Source: Anaerocolumna sp. (lineage in GTDB: Bacteria > Bacillota > Clostridia > Lachnospirales > Lachnospiraceae). From it: a stretch of 64,000 nt of DNA. Below are positions 30,297 through 40,433 of this stretch, in pieces. The first letter of the stretch is position 1. Every line of letters begins with the position of its first letter. Both the position numbers and the translations under genes were made by a program. The stretch spans positions 30,838 to 94,837 of the forward strand of contig JAQSYR010000001.1 in NCBI GenBank assembly GCA_029256035.1, written 5' to 3'. The notes below the pieces were generated by a model. It saw only the letters and a list, made by a program, of their open reading frames with translations. It ran no database searches and was not told the DNA's origin.

Positions 30297-31094
30297 TTAC
30301 CTTTTCAGTAGTAAATAAACCGACATATCTTTTGATAATCCCTCTTCTTGAAATGCTTTTACTTTATTAATCAATTCGTCGAATCTAGTATAATCATATG
30401 ATGGCTCATAAATATAAAATGGATTTCTTACAGGCTTTGAAATATATTGGTTTGGATAATATATGTTACTATAAGAATTTGCCTCTATGTATCTTCTCTT
30501 ATTTTCAGACTCTATTTCTTCGATTTTCTTATTTATATCATCATATAAGATATTAGAAAATGTTTCTCCATAACCAGCATCTGACATAATACTCATAAAA
30601 TACTTTCTGTAAAATTTCTTAATACCAATTTCACTTAGTTCATTCCATTCATTTTTGTTATGTACAAATGAATATTTTTTAATAATAAATTTTTCTAATT
30701 CTTTATATCCTAATTCTTCTGTAAAAATAATTTCTTTGGCAGTGAATTTATTGTCGCCCGACTCCCATTTATCTTTAATTACTAGACATTTTACCTTGAA
30801 AAATCTATTACCATTATCTAATGAATAGTATCCAAAAACATTACTTAATTCTTTACAGAAGTGAAACCCTGATTCACATAATTCAATTTTACCTTCGTGT
30901 TCATACGTCTTATTTAACTCATATTGCATATCACGGCACTTCATGTCTTTATCTGTACCTTTATAACCTTCTACCCAAATCCATTCTTCTTCTGTTTTGT
31001 CAGTTTTTTCTTCATTTCCTTCTAATGTGTTATTTTCATTTGTATTAATTTCATATTCATTATGTGTTGTATCTTCTTTCTTTTTAAAAAACAT
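30297..31094 (-). CDS. conserved phage protein
   Basis: GYKG.D.DMKCR..QYE...CESGFHFC, a recurrent phage domain. Confidence 0.75.
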   Translation of the reverse strand: MFFKKKEDTTHNEYEINTNENNTLEGNEEKTDKTEEEWIWVEGYKGTDKDMKCRDMQYELNKTYEHEGKIELCESGFHFCKELSNVFGYYSLDNGNRFFKVKCLVIKDKWESGDNKFTAKEIIFTEELGYKELEKFIIKKYSFVHNKNEWNELSEIGIKKFYRKYFMSIMSDAGYGETFSNILYDDINKKIEEIESENKRRYIEANSYSNIYYPNQYISKPVRNPFYIYEPSYDYTRFDELINKVKAFQEEGLSKDMSVYLLLKR

Positions 31095-31136
31095 ATTATT
31101 CTCCTCTCTTTATAACCAAACAACCATTTGTTGTGC

Positions 31137-31355
31137 TTATTTATCTTTCAATAAACCACTTTTTACTAAATTTTGCCTAATTACTTCCATTACCATACTT
31201 TCAAGATTTTCTTTAATACCTGCACCATCATAAATAGTATCTAATTCTTTTTCTATATATTCAGCTAAAATTTCAGTAAAATCTAAATCATTAATTGCCT
31301 TCTTAATCTTTTTATTAATTAATTCTTTGTGTTCATCTGTTAAAATACTTTCCAC
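31137..31355 (-). CDS. hypothetical protein
   Basis: 72 aa ORF with RBS. Confidence 0.7.
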   Translation of the reverse strand: MESILTDEHKELINKKIKKAINDLDFTEILAEYIEKELDTIYDGAGIKENLESMVMEVIRQNLVKSGLLKDK

Positions 31356-31405
31356 AACATTCTCCTTTTATAATCATTTTAATAGTTTATTATTATCTTC
31401 TATCT

Positions 31406-31678
31406 TTAGCATCTCATACTTACATATTCATCCCATTCGTACATTTTCTTTAATCTGTTACCAACTCCATAAAACTTATCGTTCTTATATGTATTTTCTT
31501 CTTCATCTACCAATAAATCAATTAACTTCAAGTCTTCACTGTCACACTCTGGACAGGAACATTTATATGTCTCATGCTCTGTTTGCACCTTTCTTATTTT
31601 ATTGCTATAAAATATTGTGTTACAAGACTGGCATTGGTACACTCCTTTCTGATTTGACGTTTTTATATTTCTCACCAC
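31406..31678 (-). CDS. Zn-ribbon protein
   Basis: CQSC, CPEC; own promoter at 31777-31805. Confidence 0.7.
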   Translation of the reverse strand: MVRNIKTSNQKGVYQCQSCNTIFYSNKIRKVQTEHETYKCSCPECDSEDLKLIDLLVDEEENTYKNDKFYGVGNRLKKMYEWDEYVSMRC

Positions 31679-31827
31679 CTGTCTATTTAGTTTTATATTT
31701 CGTTTATTATTATCTTCTTTATGTATTTATATATTAGATACTTGGTTAATATCTTATATGCCATGCTGACTATCTAATATTACCATATGTAATTCAGCTT
31801 GTCAATAGATGTTTATTATTATTTGTA

Positions 31828-32214
31828 TTAAATGTATTCACCATATATGTGACCGCTTAGTACACCTTCTTTTTGTAAATATTTCATCCACTCTTCCACT
31901 TGTTCTCGAACGATTAAAGAAATTTCATGTCTATCATTACGCTCTAACATATATTGATAATCAAAAGGTTGGCAAAAGTCATTATCCAATACATCAATTC
32001 TAAGATCATCATGATTATCCTTTGTAATTGAAACACCAAAAGAAATTTCAAAATTTCTGTATCTCTTCTCATTTGGAAACTTAATCATCTTACAAAAATA
32101 CCATCTTTCATTACAAAAGTCTGTGAATCCAAGTTTTCTCATCTTCTCTTCTGGTAGAATGTGTGCTTTAATATTAGCGTTTACACCATGTTCATTTAAT
32201 TTAACTTCTGACAT
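31828..32214 (-). CDS. hypothetical protein
   Basis: 128 aa ORF with RBS. Confidence 0.75.
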   Translation of the reverse strand: MSEVKLNEHGVNANIKAHILPEEKMRKLGFTDFCNERWYFCKMIKFPNEKRYRNFEISFGVSITKDNHDDLRIDVLDNDFCQPFDYQYMLERNDRHEISLIVREQVEEWMKYLQKEGVLSGHIYGEYI

Positions 32215-32265
32215 TATTTATTTTCCTTTCTAACTTCAAATTGAAGCCACATTTTATTCGCTATT

Positions 32266-32700
32266 TTATAAATAACAAACCAATATTTCTACTTCCATAT
32301 CATTAAATACATCTTTAATAATTTCTTTTACTTTATCCCACTGTAATCTATCTAATCCACAGCCAATTTTAGGAATTGCAAGCTTAGTTACCATACCATC
32401 AAAGAATAACATTTCTTGTTTCATAGATTCCAAAGATTGTCTTAATGTTTCATATGTAGGTTTATTCCAGTACTTTTCTTTTGTAATCAAATTGAATACT
32501 CTATCCTTAGACAAACAATATCCATTTCCATTCCAATTATTAATCTTGTACTTTTTTATCAATTCATTTTTCATGTTATATCGTTTGTTAAACTCAACTA
32601 CGATTCCTTTACCCATACCAAAATCAGCACTAATGCAATGAGCAAAATAGTAATCTTCTGGAACATTAAATAAATCTCTCTTTTCTTCTTTTAATACCAT
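32266..32700 (-). CDS. macrodomain ADP-ribose glycohydrolase (TARG1/DarG-like)
   Basis: AHCISADFGMGKGI, FNLITK, IPKIGCGLDRLQW. Confidence 0.9.
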   Translation of the reverse strand: MVLKEEKRDLFNVPEDYYFAHCISADFGMGKGIVVEFNKRYNMKNELIKKYKINNWNGNGYCLSKDRVFNLITKEKYWNKPTYETLRQSLESMKQEMLFFDGMVTKLAIPKIGCGLDRLQWDKVKEIIKDVFNDMEVEILVCYL

Positions 32701-32788
32701 CTAAATTCTCCTTTCAAAAAGAACATCAATCATATAATTGGTTATGTTATTTATGTTCCCACATTTCATAATCTTCTTCTTGATCTAA

Positions 32789-33061
32789 TTATGTACATAT
32801 ATCACAAGTGTGAGGATGTTGTTTGCCTTGATGTTTACACGTAGAACAATTAATAACTGTTAATTCAGCGTATACTTCATTATGCATTTTATAATTAGCA
32901 CATTGTTCTTCTGCAGCGTACCATTCGCTTACGCCTTCCTCAAAGGTTTCGCATTTTCCTTCTTTACTAATCTCGATTCTTTCTTCATTTAAATTTCTCA
33001 TACAATTGTCTTCCCAATAGAATTTACATCTATCATTCATACACATTACATTAATTGCCAT
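32789..33061 (-). CDS. Cys-rich hypothetical protein (possibly truncated by premature TAA)
   Basis: Frame continues LDQEEDYEMWEHK* after the stop. Confidence 0.65.
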   Translation of the reverse strand: MAINVMCMNDRCKFYWEDNCMRNLNEERIEISKEGKCETFEEGVSEWYAAEEQCANYKMHNEVYAELTVINCSTCKHQGKQHPHTCDICT

Positions 33062-33109
33062 TGTTTTTCTCCTTTCTAAAAAAAGATTACCAAATACCAG
33101 TTTGATGTT

Positions 33110-33367
33110 CTATGACAATAATTTAGGTAATTCTATTTTATCTCCAGTTTCTCTATGTATATAAATATCATGACCAAATTCAAAAACATCAAAACCAAAC
33201 TTTTTGTTTTTTCCGTGTGTATAAAGTTTACTTTCTTCTTCTGTTAGTTTTTCAGATAACATTCCATTATTACTAATAGAACCATCACTATTGCCTACCC
33301 AATACTTACCTGTGGATTCAAATGTAACTATATATTCATCTTTGTTTATCTTTATTGTTTTATTCAT
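33110..33367 (-). CDS. hypothetical protein
   Basis: 85 aa ORF with RBS. Confidence 0.7.
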   Translation of the reverse strand: MNKTIKINKDEYIVTFESTGKYWVGNSDGSISNNGMLSEKLTEEESKLYTHGKNKKFGFDVFEFGHDIYIHRETGDKIELPKLLS

Positions 33368-33410
33368 AATATCCTTTCTAACTCCTCGTAAAAATTTAAT
33401 TTTATTTGCC

Positions 33411-33644
33411 TTACTCTTGTTCTGGGAATATACCTAATACACTTCCATTATTTTTATCTCTTAACACAAATCCGTCAAGAGTATCGGTTAATTTTTCAAA
33501 CCACAAATCCATACCTGCAAATTCTCTAATTAATCCATATTTTAATATTGAAACATTTAAATTGTTTTTCTTATCAATTATTTCTTCTAACTTATTTGCA
33601 ATTCTATTTATTTCATCATCTGTTAATATTAATTCGGTTTTCAT
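33411..33644 (-). CDS. hypothetical protein
   Basis: ATG after AAAGGAG. Confidence 0.7.
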   Translation of the reverse strand: MKTELILTDDEINRIANKLEEIIDKKNNLNVSILKYGLIREFAGMDLWFEKLTDTLDGFVLRDKNNGSVLGIFPEQE

Positions 33645-33974
33645 TATATCTCCTTTCCGTATCAATGTCTACTGTGATTTACAATTATTATTCATCGCAT
33701 CGTCATAATTTTTACGTACATATCTTGTAATTTAATTCTCCATTCATCAATATTATTTTTACATATATCAGAGACTAGTTGTTTTGCTTCATCTGGCTCT
33801 AATAAACTGTTTTCATACTTTGATATTTTATTCATATATACGCCCATACCATGTCCATAAATTCATAGTCTTGATAAGTATGGTCTTTGCCTGTTAATCT
33901 GTCTATTGTAATCACTTCCTTTCTAATAAGACGATAAATTCTTGTATTGATTAACTTTTATAAATGTAGTGTAA

Positions 33975-34313
33975 TTACTTATAGCTATCACAGATATCAG
34001 TTTCGTCTTTGTATTCACCGTTACACTTACATTCTATACAATACCCTCTTTCTGACTCACATACCTGCATTCCATTTCTGCAAGTGTTACAACATTTATC
34101 ATCTTCAATATCAATATTGATTCTCATGTTATCTCTTCTTTCAAAACTATCACACATGCTTCCGTCGCACATATACAACTCTCCATCATGTTTTAGGAAT
34201 TCAACGCCATATTCATTTATATATGTATTATTTAATTCCTCTTCGTCGACTTCAATTGTTTTAGTGGATTCGCAAAATCCATTCCAATCATTAACTCGTA
34301 TACTCTTTTTCAT
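33975..34313 (-). CDS. Cys-rich hypothetical protein
   Basis: ATG after AAAGGAG. Confidence 0.7.
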   Translation of the reverse strand: MKKSIRVNDWNGFCESTKTIEVDEEELNNTYINEYGVEFLKHDGELYMCDGSMCDSFERRDNMRINIDIEDDKCCNTCRNGMQVCESERGYCIECKCNGEYKDETDICDSYK

Positions 34314-35099
34314 ATACTCTCCTTTCAAATGACAAGCAAATTACTCTTCTATCAACTATCAAATACTTTATTATAACTACTCTGATCACTTGGTAAAATT
34401 TCATTAATACCACACTCGACAGCCATTTCTTCAAATTCTTCTACAGTCTGTTTCTCAAAGAAATCATCAATTCTTTTTAATTCTTCTTCAATGGTACGTC
34501 CATTAACCATATATTATCTCCTTTCTAAACTGTTAATAAGCGTATTCATTTATCTGCTTTTTTACAATAACCAGTTAATCCAATAAATACAGGCTTAAAA
34601 GGATTCTTGTAACACTTATATCCACTCGTTATAATTGATTCGCCATTTATGTATTTTGAAAATATACAGTTATAACAACACCTTTTCTTTTTCATTTATA
34701 TTCCTTTCTTATATTATAATATTAATCGTATTTGCTTTGATTATTTATCTTTTATTCCTAATAACTTCTTATAATGTTTAATATTATTTGTATATAATTT
34801 AATCTTTTCCTCATTACAATCTTCTTCTGCCTTAATTAACAACTTTTCATTATAAGCTAAAAATACCTTATAACTTCTCTCTTCTGTATCATCTAATATT
34901 TTATTCTTTTCACCCATCTCTTATCTCCGCCATTCATATATCCTCCTCATTTTTATTATTTGTTCTTCATGTGTATAATATTACCACACAAAATTCATAA
35001 TGTCAACTATATGTTTATTATTATTTGTATTAAATTTAATAATAATAAAATTACAGGCAGCCATATTACAGACTGCCATGTGAACTATATATTATTTAA

Positions 35100-35405
35100 C
35101 TACTTTACAGGAAAGATAAACGTTTGTCTGCCGTCTTTGAATATCAGCTTGTACAATTCTGGATTATAAGTAATAGTTATGATTTCAATAGATTCAGTTA
35201 AAAAGCATTTTATAATTTCATCATTAAAATCAATAAACATGATAACTCCGCTATCTATATCAACTTTTGATAATTCTATAGTATGCTGTTTTTCTACTCC
35301 TGATTTATCAATATCTACAATATTATATATATTCAAGCCTCGCTCATATGTATTAATTCCAATAATCTCTTCCAATTCAAATAATTTTTCTTCCATAATT
35401 CCCAT
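35100..35405 (-). CDS. putative SOS-inducible protein (candidate antirepressor/induction factor)
   Basis: ATG after GGGAGG; its promoter carries a LexA box; function inferred from context only. Confidence 0.6.
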   Translation of the reverse strand: MGIMEEKLFELEEIIGINTYERGLNIYNIVDIDKSGVEKQHTIELSKVDIDSGVIMFIDFNDEIIKCFLTESIEIITITYNPELYKLIFKDGRQTFIFPVK

Positions 35406-35468
35406 AAATATAAATCCTCCCATAATTTAATTATTGCGTGATAGGAAGATTTGTATTATAATTAAATC

Positions 35469-35544
35469 ATACCTATACACTATTTTAATTGGTATTTGTT
35501 AGAAGCACAGTCAGCCGACCAAAGTTTTCTGTGCTTCTTTTTTT
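35469..35544 (+). ncRNA. candidate cis-antisense sRNA
   Basis: TTGCGT-17-TATAAT (35434-35462); stem AGAAGCACAG/CTGTGCTTCT followed by T-run. Confidence 0.6.
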
Positions 35545-35562
35545 ATACTGTTTAGCAATTTC

Positions 35563-35615
35563 CGAACATTTGTTCTTTGTTCTTATATTATACTATATTG
35601 AAAATAATTTTTCAA
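35563..35615 (-). promoter_or_regulatory. sigA promoter with Firmicute LexA (SOS) box
   Basis: TTGAAA (35615-35610)-17-TATAAT (35592-35587); CGAACATTTGTTCT at 35563-35576. Confidence 0.75.
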
Positions 35616-35702
35616 GTTATTATATAAATTGTTTTATTTATTAGTGTTTGTTTTTATTTATATTTGTTTAAAATATTGGGTGGAATTCACCACCCTTTAT
35701 TT

Positions 35703-36701
35703 CTACTCATATAATTCGATAATATCAACAATTTTAGCTCTAAATGCTCTATCTATCATATTTGAACCAAATTCATTGATATATTCTTGAAGTTTATCAT
35801 TATACACGTATGATAACTTATTCCTTTTTTCAAATACTGCTTGACGTAAAGTTATACCTTCTGATTCAAATTTATTTTTAATAAAATTAACCATTCCATT
35901 AAAATAAATAGAACCACCATTAATAAATCTATTATTAAGATGTTTTTGTAGTTGTCTTAATCTTGTACCTAAAATCATTTTTGTTATTGGTCTATTTAAC
36001 GAACGATTACCACAAGGTTTAAGAATGTAACAACTTTCGTCATATTTATATCTATCTGGATCTTTTGATCTATTAACACTTTCAATTCCATCTGGGCAAT
36101 ATACAAGTGATTTATCTGCTTCCTCTGCAAGTTCTATAAAAATGTCATCTACTTTAAGTATTTTACCGGAAATTAAATTAACAACCTTTCTTTTTTTATT
36201 AATATCATCTAATCTTAAATTTATTAAGTCGCTAAATTCAATACCACAAATTCCGCTGAACAATGCGTAAAAAATGTATTTATCAGTTATATCAATTTTT
36301 TCATTTTTATAAACATTATCTAAAAAATAATCAACTAAAAAATATTTATCTCTTATAATATCCAAAGTTACTATATCATCTATAATTGGTTTAGTTAAGT
36401 TATAATCGTATTGATTTATGATATTAGTATTATCCACTAATCCCTCAGATAAACACCAAGTATAATAATATGAAAATTGATTCACTATTAACCTTAAATA
36501 ATTCTTAGATTTTGAATTATAACCTTTCAATAGGTTTATTACTTGAGAACGATTAAATAATGATAAATCACAATTCTCTTGTAATTCAATTTTTGCAGCA
36601 CCTTCAAATAATCTTTTAACTACATCTTTTACACTTTCTTCAAATTTAAAGTCTGAGCTTTCTAAATATCTATTTTTTTGAAATTCGTTATACATTGGCA
36701 T
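35703..36701 (-). CDS. MrpR/YopR-like repressor with catalytically degenerate tyrosine-recombinase fold
   Basis: MYNE.QK.RYL N-terminus, YYTWC, ALFSGICG..FSDLINLRLDDI; no HxxR/Y set; follows YopQ-like gene as in SPbeta. Confidence 0.7.
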   Translation of the reverse strand: MPMYNEFQKNRYLESSDFKFEESVKDVVKRLFEGAAKIELQENCDLSLFNRSQVINLLKGYNSKSKNYLRLIVNQFSYYYTWCLSEGLVDNTNIINQYDYNLTKPIIDDIVTLDIIRDKYFLVDYFLDNVYKNEKIDITDKYIFYALFSGICGIEFSDLINLRLDDINKKRKVVNLISGKILKVDDIFIELAEEADKSLVYCPDGIESVNRSKDPDRYKYDESCYILKPCGNRSLNRPITKMILGTRLRQLQKHLNNRFINGGSIYFNGMVNFIKNKFESEGITLRQAVFEKRNKLSYVYNDKLQEYINEFGSNMIDRAFRAKIVDIIELYE

Positions 36702-37953
36702 TTTTAATCACCTCGTTAATTATAGATTTTAATTTAGCATAATACGATGCGCTTGGTGCATTTCTAATCTTAAATTCTTCAAAGATACTATTAATATCGA
36801 TTTTTCTATATATACTTTCAAAATCTATATTAGAATCTATTGAACTTTTTATCATCATCAAATATACAAAAAATTCAGTTTTGTTAAATGCAATATTATA
36901 ATGATCTGTATTTTCGATTATATAATTTAAATTATCTTTCAAATGTTCAAAAATATCTACAGCTTGTTTTCTATCCTGAACCTCAAAAATATATTTTATA
37001 ATTTTATATAAATAGACTCTCATATCTTTATCTATAGTACCTACTAGATGATATTTACTATTTGAATTTAATCTGTCAATTATAAAATTTTCTTGAGACT
37101 GTGTGTCTATTCTAGCTTTTTGTGGTTCTCTAAAATGAGTCTTCTGATCCATTTGATTAATAAAGTCATTACATCTATCAGTATCTAAAAACATTAATTT
37201 CAATTCACACGGAAAATTCCAATCAGGATTTTCATCTTTAACTTCACATTCAGCAATATAGTTATGAAATCCCTCAATTAAATCAATATGATTTTCTTTT
37301 GGTATAGTTAAAGTATTGCCTCTTATAATTACTGGCTCTTCGCATTTATCTGGATTAATATTAATAATACAAGGAACTGGGAAATATAATCCCTTAATCA
37401 TAAGTTCCTTCATATTATTCACGGCTTTTCTATTGATGTCAAGTTTTTTTACTATCGTACCTTTTTGTGATTTTATTTCAATTAAATCTCGTTGAGTTTC
37501 TGGATTAAAACGAAGTTTATTATAGTTTCTCCAGCGAATTTTCTCATTTATATCGGTAAAAATATGAATTACTCTATATTGATCCATTGTTGTTTCGTGC
37601 CAATCTTTAATAACAATATCAAAATTATCTTCTTCTTCCGGAACAGGTTTTTCAAATTCTTCAATTTCAATATCTGTAAAATATGATGGTGCATATAAAT
37701 CAGAAGAATCTAGTGTCATAAATCTTGATGCTGTAAGTGTGTGAATGGATTTCATTAATTTATACAACATATCATAAGTTAAGTTTTCTATAGGATATAT
37801 GCCGTTTATAATGTCGATACTTAATCCATGTTTCACATTATAAGTGTTCGCCATAGTCTGTGAAATTTCTTTTATTACTATTTTAGGATATTCTGCTTTA
37901 ATTTGGGCAATTTTCGTTTGCAACACTTCTCTTAATGCTTTATCGTCTTTCAT
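36688..37953 (-). CDS. YopQ-like protein with DGQHR/DndB(ParB)-like domain
   Basis: FNPETQR, IDLIEGFHN, F..Q.DQK; overlaps the MrpR-like start; own promoter (TTGACA 38021-38016). Confidence 0.65.
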   Translation of the reverse strand: MKDDKALREVLQTKIAQIKAEYPKIVIKEISQTMANTYNVKHGLSIDIINGIYPIENLTYDMLYKLMKSIHTLTASRFMTLDSSDLYAPSYFTDIEIEEFEKPVPEEEDNFDIVIKDWHETTMDQYRVIHIFTDINEKIRWRNYNKLRFNPETQRDLIEIKSQKGTIVKKLDINRKAVNNMKELMIKGLYFPVPCIININPDKCEEPVIIRGNTLTIPKENHIDLIEGFHNYIAECEVKDENPDWNFPCELKLMFLDTDRCNDFINQMDQKTHFREPQKARIDTQSQENFIIDRLNSNSKYHLVGTIDKDMRVYLYKIIKYIFEVQDRKQAVDIFEHLKDNLNYIIENTDHYNIAFNKTEFFVYLMMIKSSIDSNIDFESIYRKIDINSIFEEFKIRNAPSASYYAKLKSIINEVIKNANV

Positions 37954-38057
37954 ATAATACTCATCCTCCCTATGATTCATACATATAACAATAATATAAT
38001 ACATAATCATCCATTTGTCAATATTTATATTTTAATTATGTTTAATATTATCTATTT

Positions 38058-38450
38058 TTAAGCATGAGCATATTGTCTAGGATTTCTTACAACAAATCTT
38101 ACTGTTCTACTTGGATTTAACTGAATATCCATAGCATTCTCTATTTTTATCATATCTTCTTCAGATACATGACCAATCTTTTCTTTGATATACGCCTTAC
38201 TAATTCCGTCAATACATTCGCATAAAGCAATTGATTCTTTCTGAAGTCCTTCTGTAGTTTTCAAAATTACATGAGTAGGTATATACTTTTTGTCCCTACT
38301 GGTCAATGGTATGTACTGTACTCTGCTGTTGTGTTTATTATTCATATCATTAGATATGATAATACAAGGTCTACAACCTATCTGTTTGTGTGGATCTAAT
38401 TCATCGTTTTTAATATCAATATAAAAAATATCTCCTCTTTTAATAATCAT
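38058..38450 (-). CDS. mazF: PemK/MazF-family endoribonuclease
   Basis: IKRGDIFYID...QIGCRPCIIISND..N...IPLTS...PTHV...CE.I. Confidence 0.88.
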   Translation of the reverse strand: MIIKRGDIFYIDIKNDELDPHKQIGCRPCIIISNDMNNKHNSRVQYIPLTSRDKKYIPTHVILKTTEGLQKESIALCECIDGISKAYIKEKIGHVSEEDMIKIENAMDIQLNPSRTVRFVVRNPRQYAHA

Positions 38451-39168
38451 AATAATCTCTCCTTTTCATTTTCATTCAACTAGAATTGTCAATATAACAG
38501 TTCATTTGATTAATCTCCTTCGTTTATTCATTTAAATTGTTTTAGTTTGATATTATTAATCGTTTGCACCATCCTTTCATTCATAATATATTATATACAA
38601 TTAATAATTAGTTTATACTTAATGTATATTATTATTTTCTATAATAAAAAGATAGCACACACAAATAAACATGTCAATATGTTTTTTAACATGTTTATTA
38701 TTATTTTTATTAACTTTTTAAAAATAGTATTATGTAATACTTATTTAATACTTATTCTTATAGCTTGTCCTGCTTTAGAAATGATAAAATAGTTATTTTA
38801 TCTGCAATTATCTAATATATCTCTACACAAAACTATTAACTGTTCGTGATCTAATCCATATCTTAGCACCTGAGCTAACCTATCAGAATCGTAAGACTTT
38901 TTGAAACAATAATCTCTGATAATTTCTTCTTCTTTAGTTAACTCGTCTTCTGTTAGTGTTCTGTTCATATCAATCGTCTTCTTCCTTTTTAATATTAATT
39001 TTGTTCAAACAGTTTATCACAACTTTCTTCTTTGATTCCGCATCCATTTTAACTCCACATTGTTTTTTGTTTATACAGTTATAACAAATGCTTTTACATT
39101 TAATACTTCCATATTCAAATTCTGTTATTATAATTAGCTACCTACCTTTCTATAAGATAATCAAATCG

Positions 39169-39462
39169 TCAATCTATTAATAATTCACTATCTAACCATC
39201 TTTTAAATATACGTTGTGCTTTCTTATCTGCTTGAGGAATTTCGCCATCGTCAGTACCTTTTTCATAGTATCTTTGCATCATATTTTTTAAACATTCTTC
39301 TCTTGATATCTTCCCCATTAATAAATTTAAAAATAACTCTGTATTACATACATCTCCACATATATCTTCTGGATGACCATATTCTTCGAGAAGATATTCG
39401 ACATCCTTTTTCATTTGGCTTAATGTCATAATTTGATCCTCCTTATCAATTATACATTTCAT
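39169..39462 (-). CDS. hypothetical protein
   Basis: 97 aa ORF. Confidence 0.65.
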   Translation of the reverse strand: MKCIIDKEDQIMTLSQMKKDVEYLLEEYGHPEDICGDVCNTELFLNLLMGKISREECLKNMMQRYYEKGTDDGEIPQADKKAQRIFKRWLDSELLID

Positions 39463-39659
39463 CGTATTAAATTATCTTCTTTTGTAAAAACAAACTTTAC
39501 TTTACAATTAGGATAATGCTTTTCAAATTCATCCAAAGACGAATATTCAATCCATTCATAAATTTCTGTATCATTTGTTTCGTATTTGCTTTCATATCGT
39601 TTAAAACAAATAATTACTATTCCCATCTTATCACCATCTTTCCAAACCAAATGATTCAT
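39459..39659 (-). CDS. hypothetical protein
   Basis: 66 aa ORF; start uncertain. Confidence 0.55.
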   Translation of the reverse strand: MNHLVWKDGDKMGIVIICFKRYESKYETNDTEIYEWIEYSSLDEFEKHYPNCKVKFVFTKEDNLIR

Positions 39660-39883
39660 TTATTGTTATTCACATTATTTACTAAAAGCGAAAAGATTGC
39701 ATCATTAATACTGTTTACCAATTGTTTATCATATCCATCTACACATTCTTTTTTGATATAAGCGTACTTTTCTTCCATTTCAAATTCTTTTAAAATTCGC
39801 AATATTATTGTATTAGTATATTTTTCTATTTGTGTATGAATAAAATTTTTTAATTCTGTTTGTGTTTTAATCTTATTATTCAT
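39656..39883 (-). CDS. hypothetical protein
   Basis: ATG after AAAGGAG. Confidence 0.65.
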   Translation of the reverse strand: MNNKIKTQTELKNFIHTQIEKYTNTIILRILKEFEMEEKYAYIKKECVDGYDKQLVNSINDAIFSLLVNNVNNNK

Positions 39884-40138
39884 AATTACAACTCCTTTTC
39901 TATTTAGCCACTTCAATCGTTTATTTTTCAGCTTTCTTTTAATATATTTTCTAAGTTTTCACCGCACCAAGGACAATATTTTGCATTATCTATGTAATGT
40001 GGACTGTACTCTTCTTGAAGAATTATCTTATTATCTTTTTGTTCCACATACCATCCTTCTTTTTTCATTTTATCACAACAATACACTTCTTTCATTTATT
40101 CTCCTTTCAACTACACATCAATTTCATGTTTTAAATGG

Positions 40139-40402
40139 TTAATCGTCCCAATCAAGTAGCTGCCTGCAATTAGGACAACTTTCCAAACAAATATTATCAC
40201 TATAATATCCATCTCCATGATGCTCTGATAACCCTTCACCACATGTTGGACATGTTTTTGAAACCCAGTTACCATTATTTATTGGTTTCATAGCTATTGA
40301 CTTTTTCATTTCTCTAACAGCTATTTCAATGGCTTGCAGTTCATCATTTTTTTTAGCGTTTATATTTCCCTGTATAATTTCTATTGCCTTTTTAATATCC
40401 AA
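40139..40402 (-). CDS. Zn-ribbon phage protein
   Basis: CPTCG...CPNCRQLLDW. Confidence 0.75.
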   Translation of the reverse strand: MDIKKAIEIIQGNINAKKNDELQAIEIAVREMKKSIAMKPINNGNWVSKTCPTCGEGLSEHHGDGYYSDNICLESCPNCRQLLDWDD

Positions 40403-40433
40403 TTTATTTTCCCTTTCCAATCAATATCTAGTT

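Noticed and set aside
35703-36701. Active prophage integrase
   Set aside because: Catalytic Arg, HxxR and Tyr positions are not recognisable; fits an MrpR-like repressor
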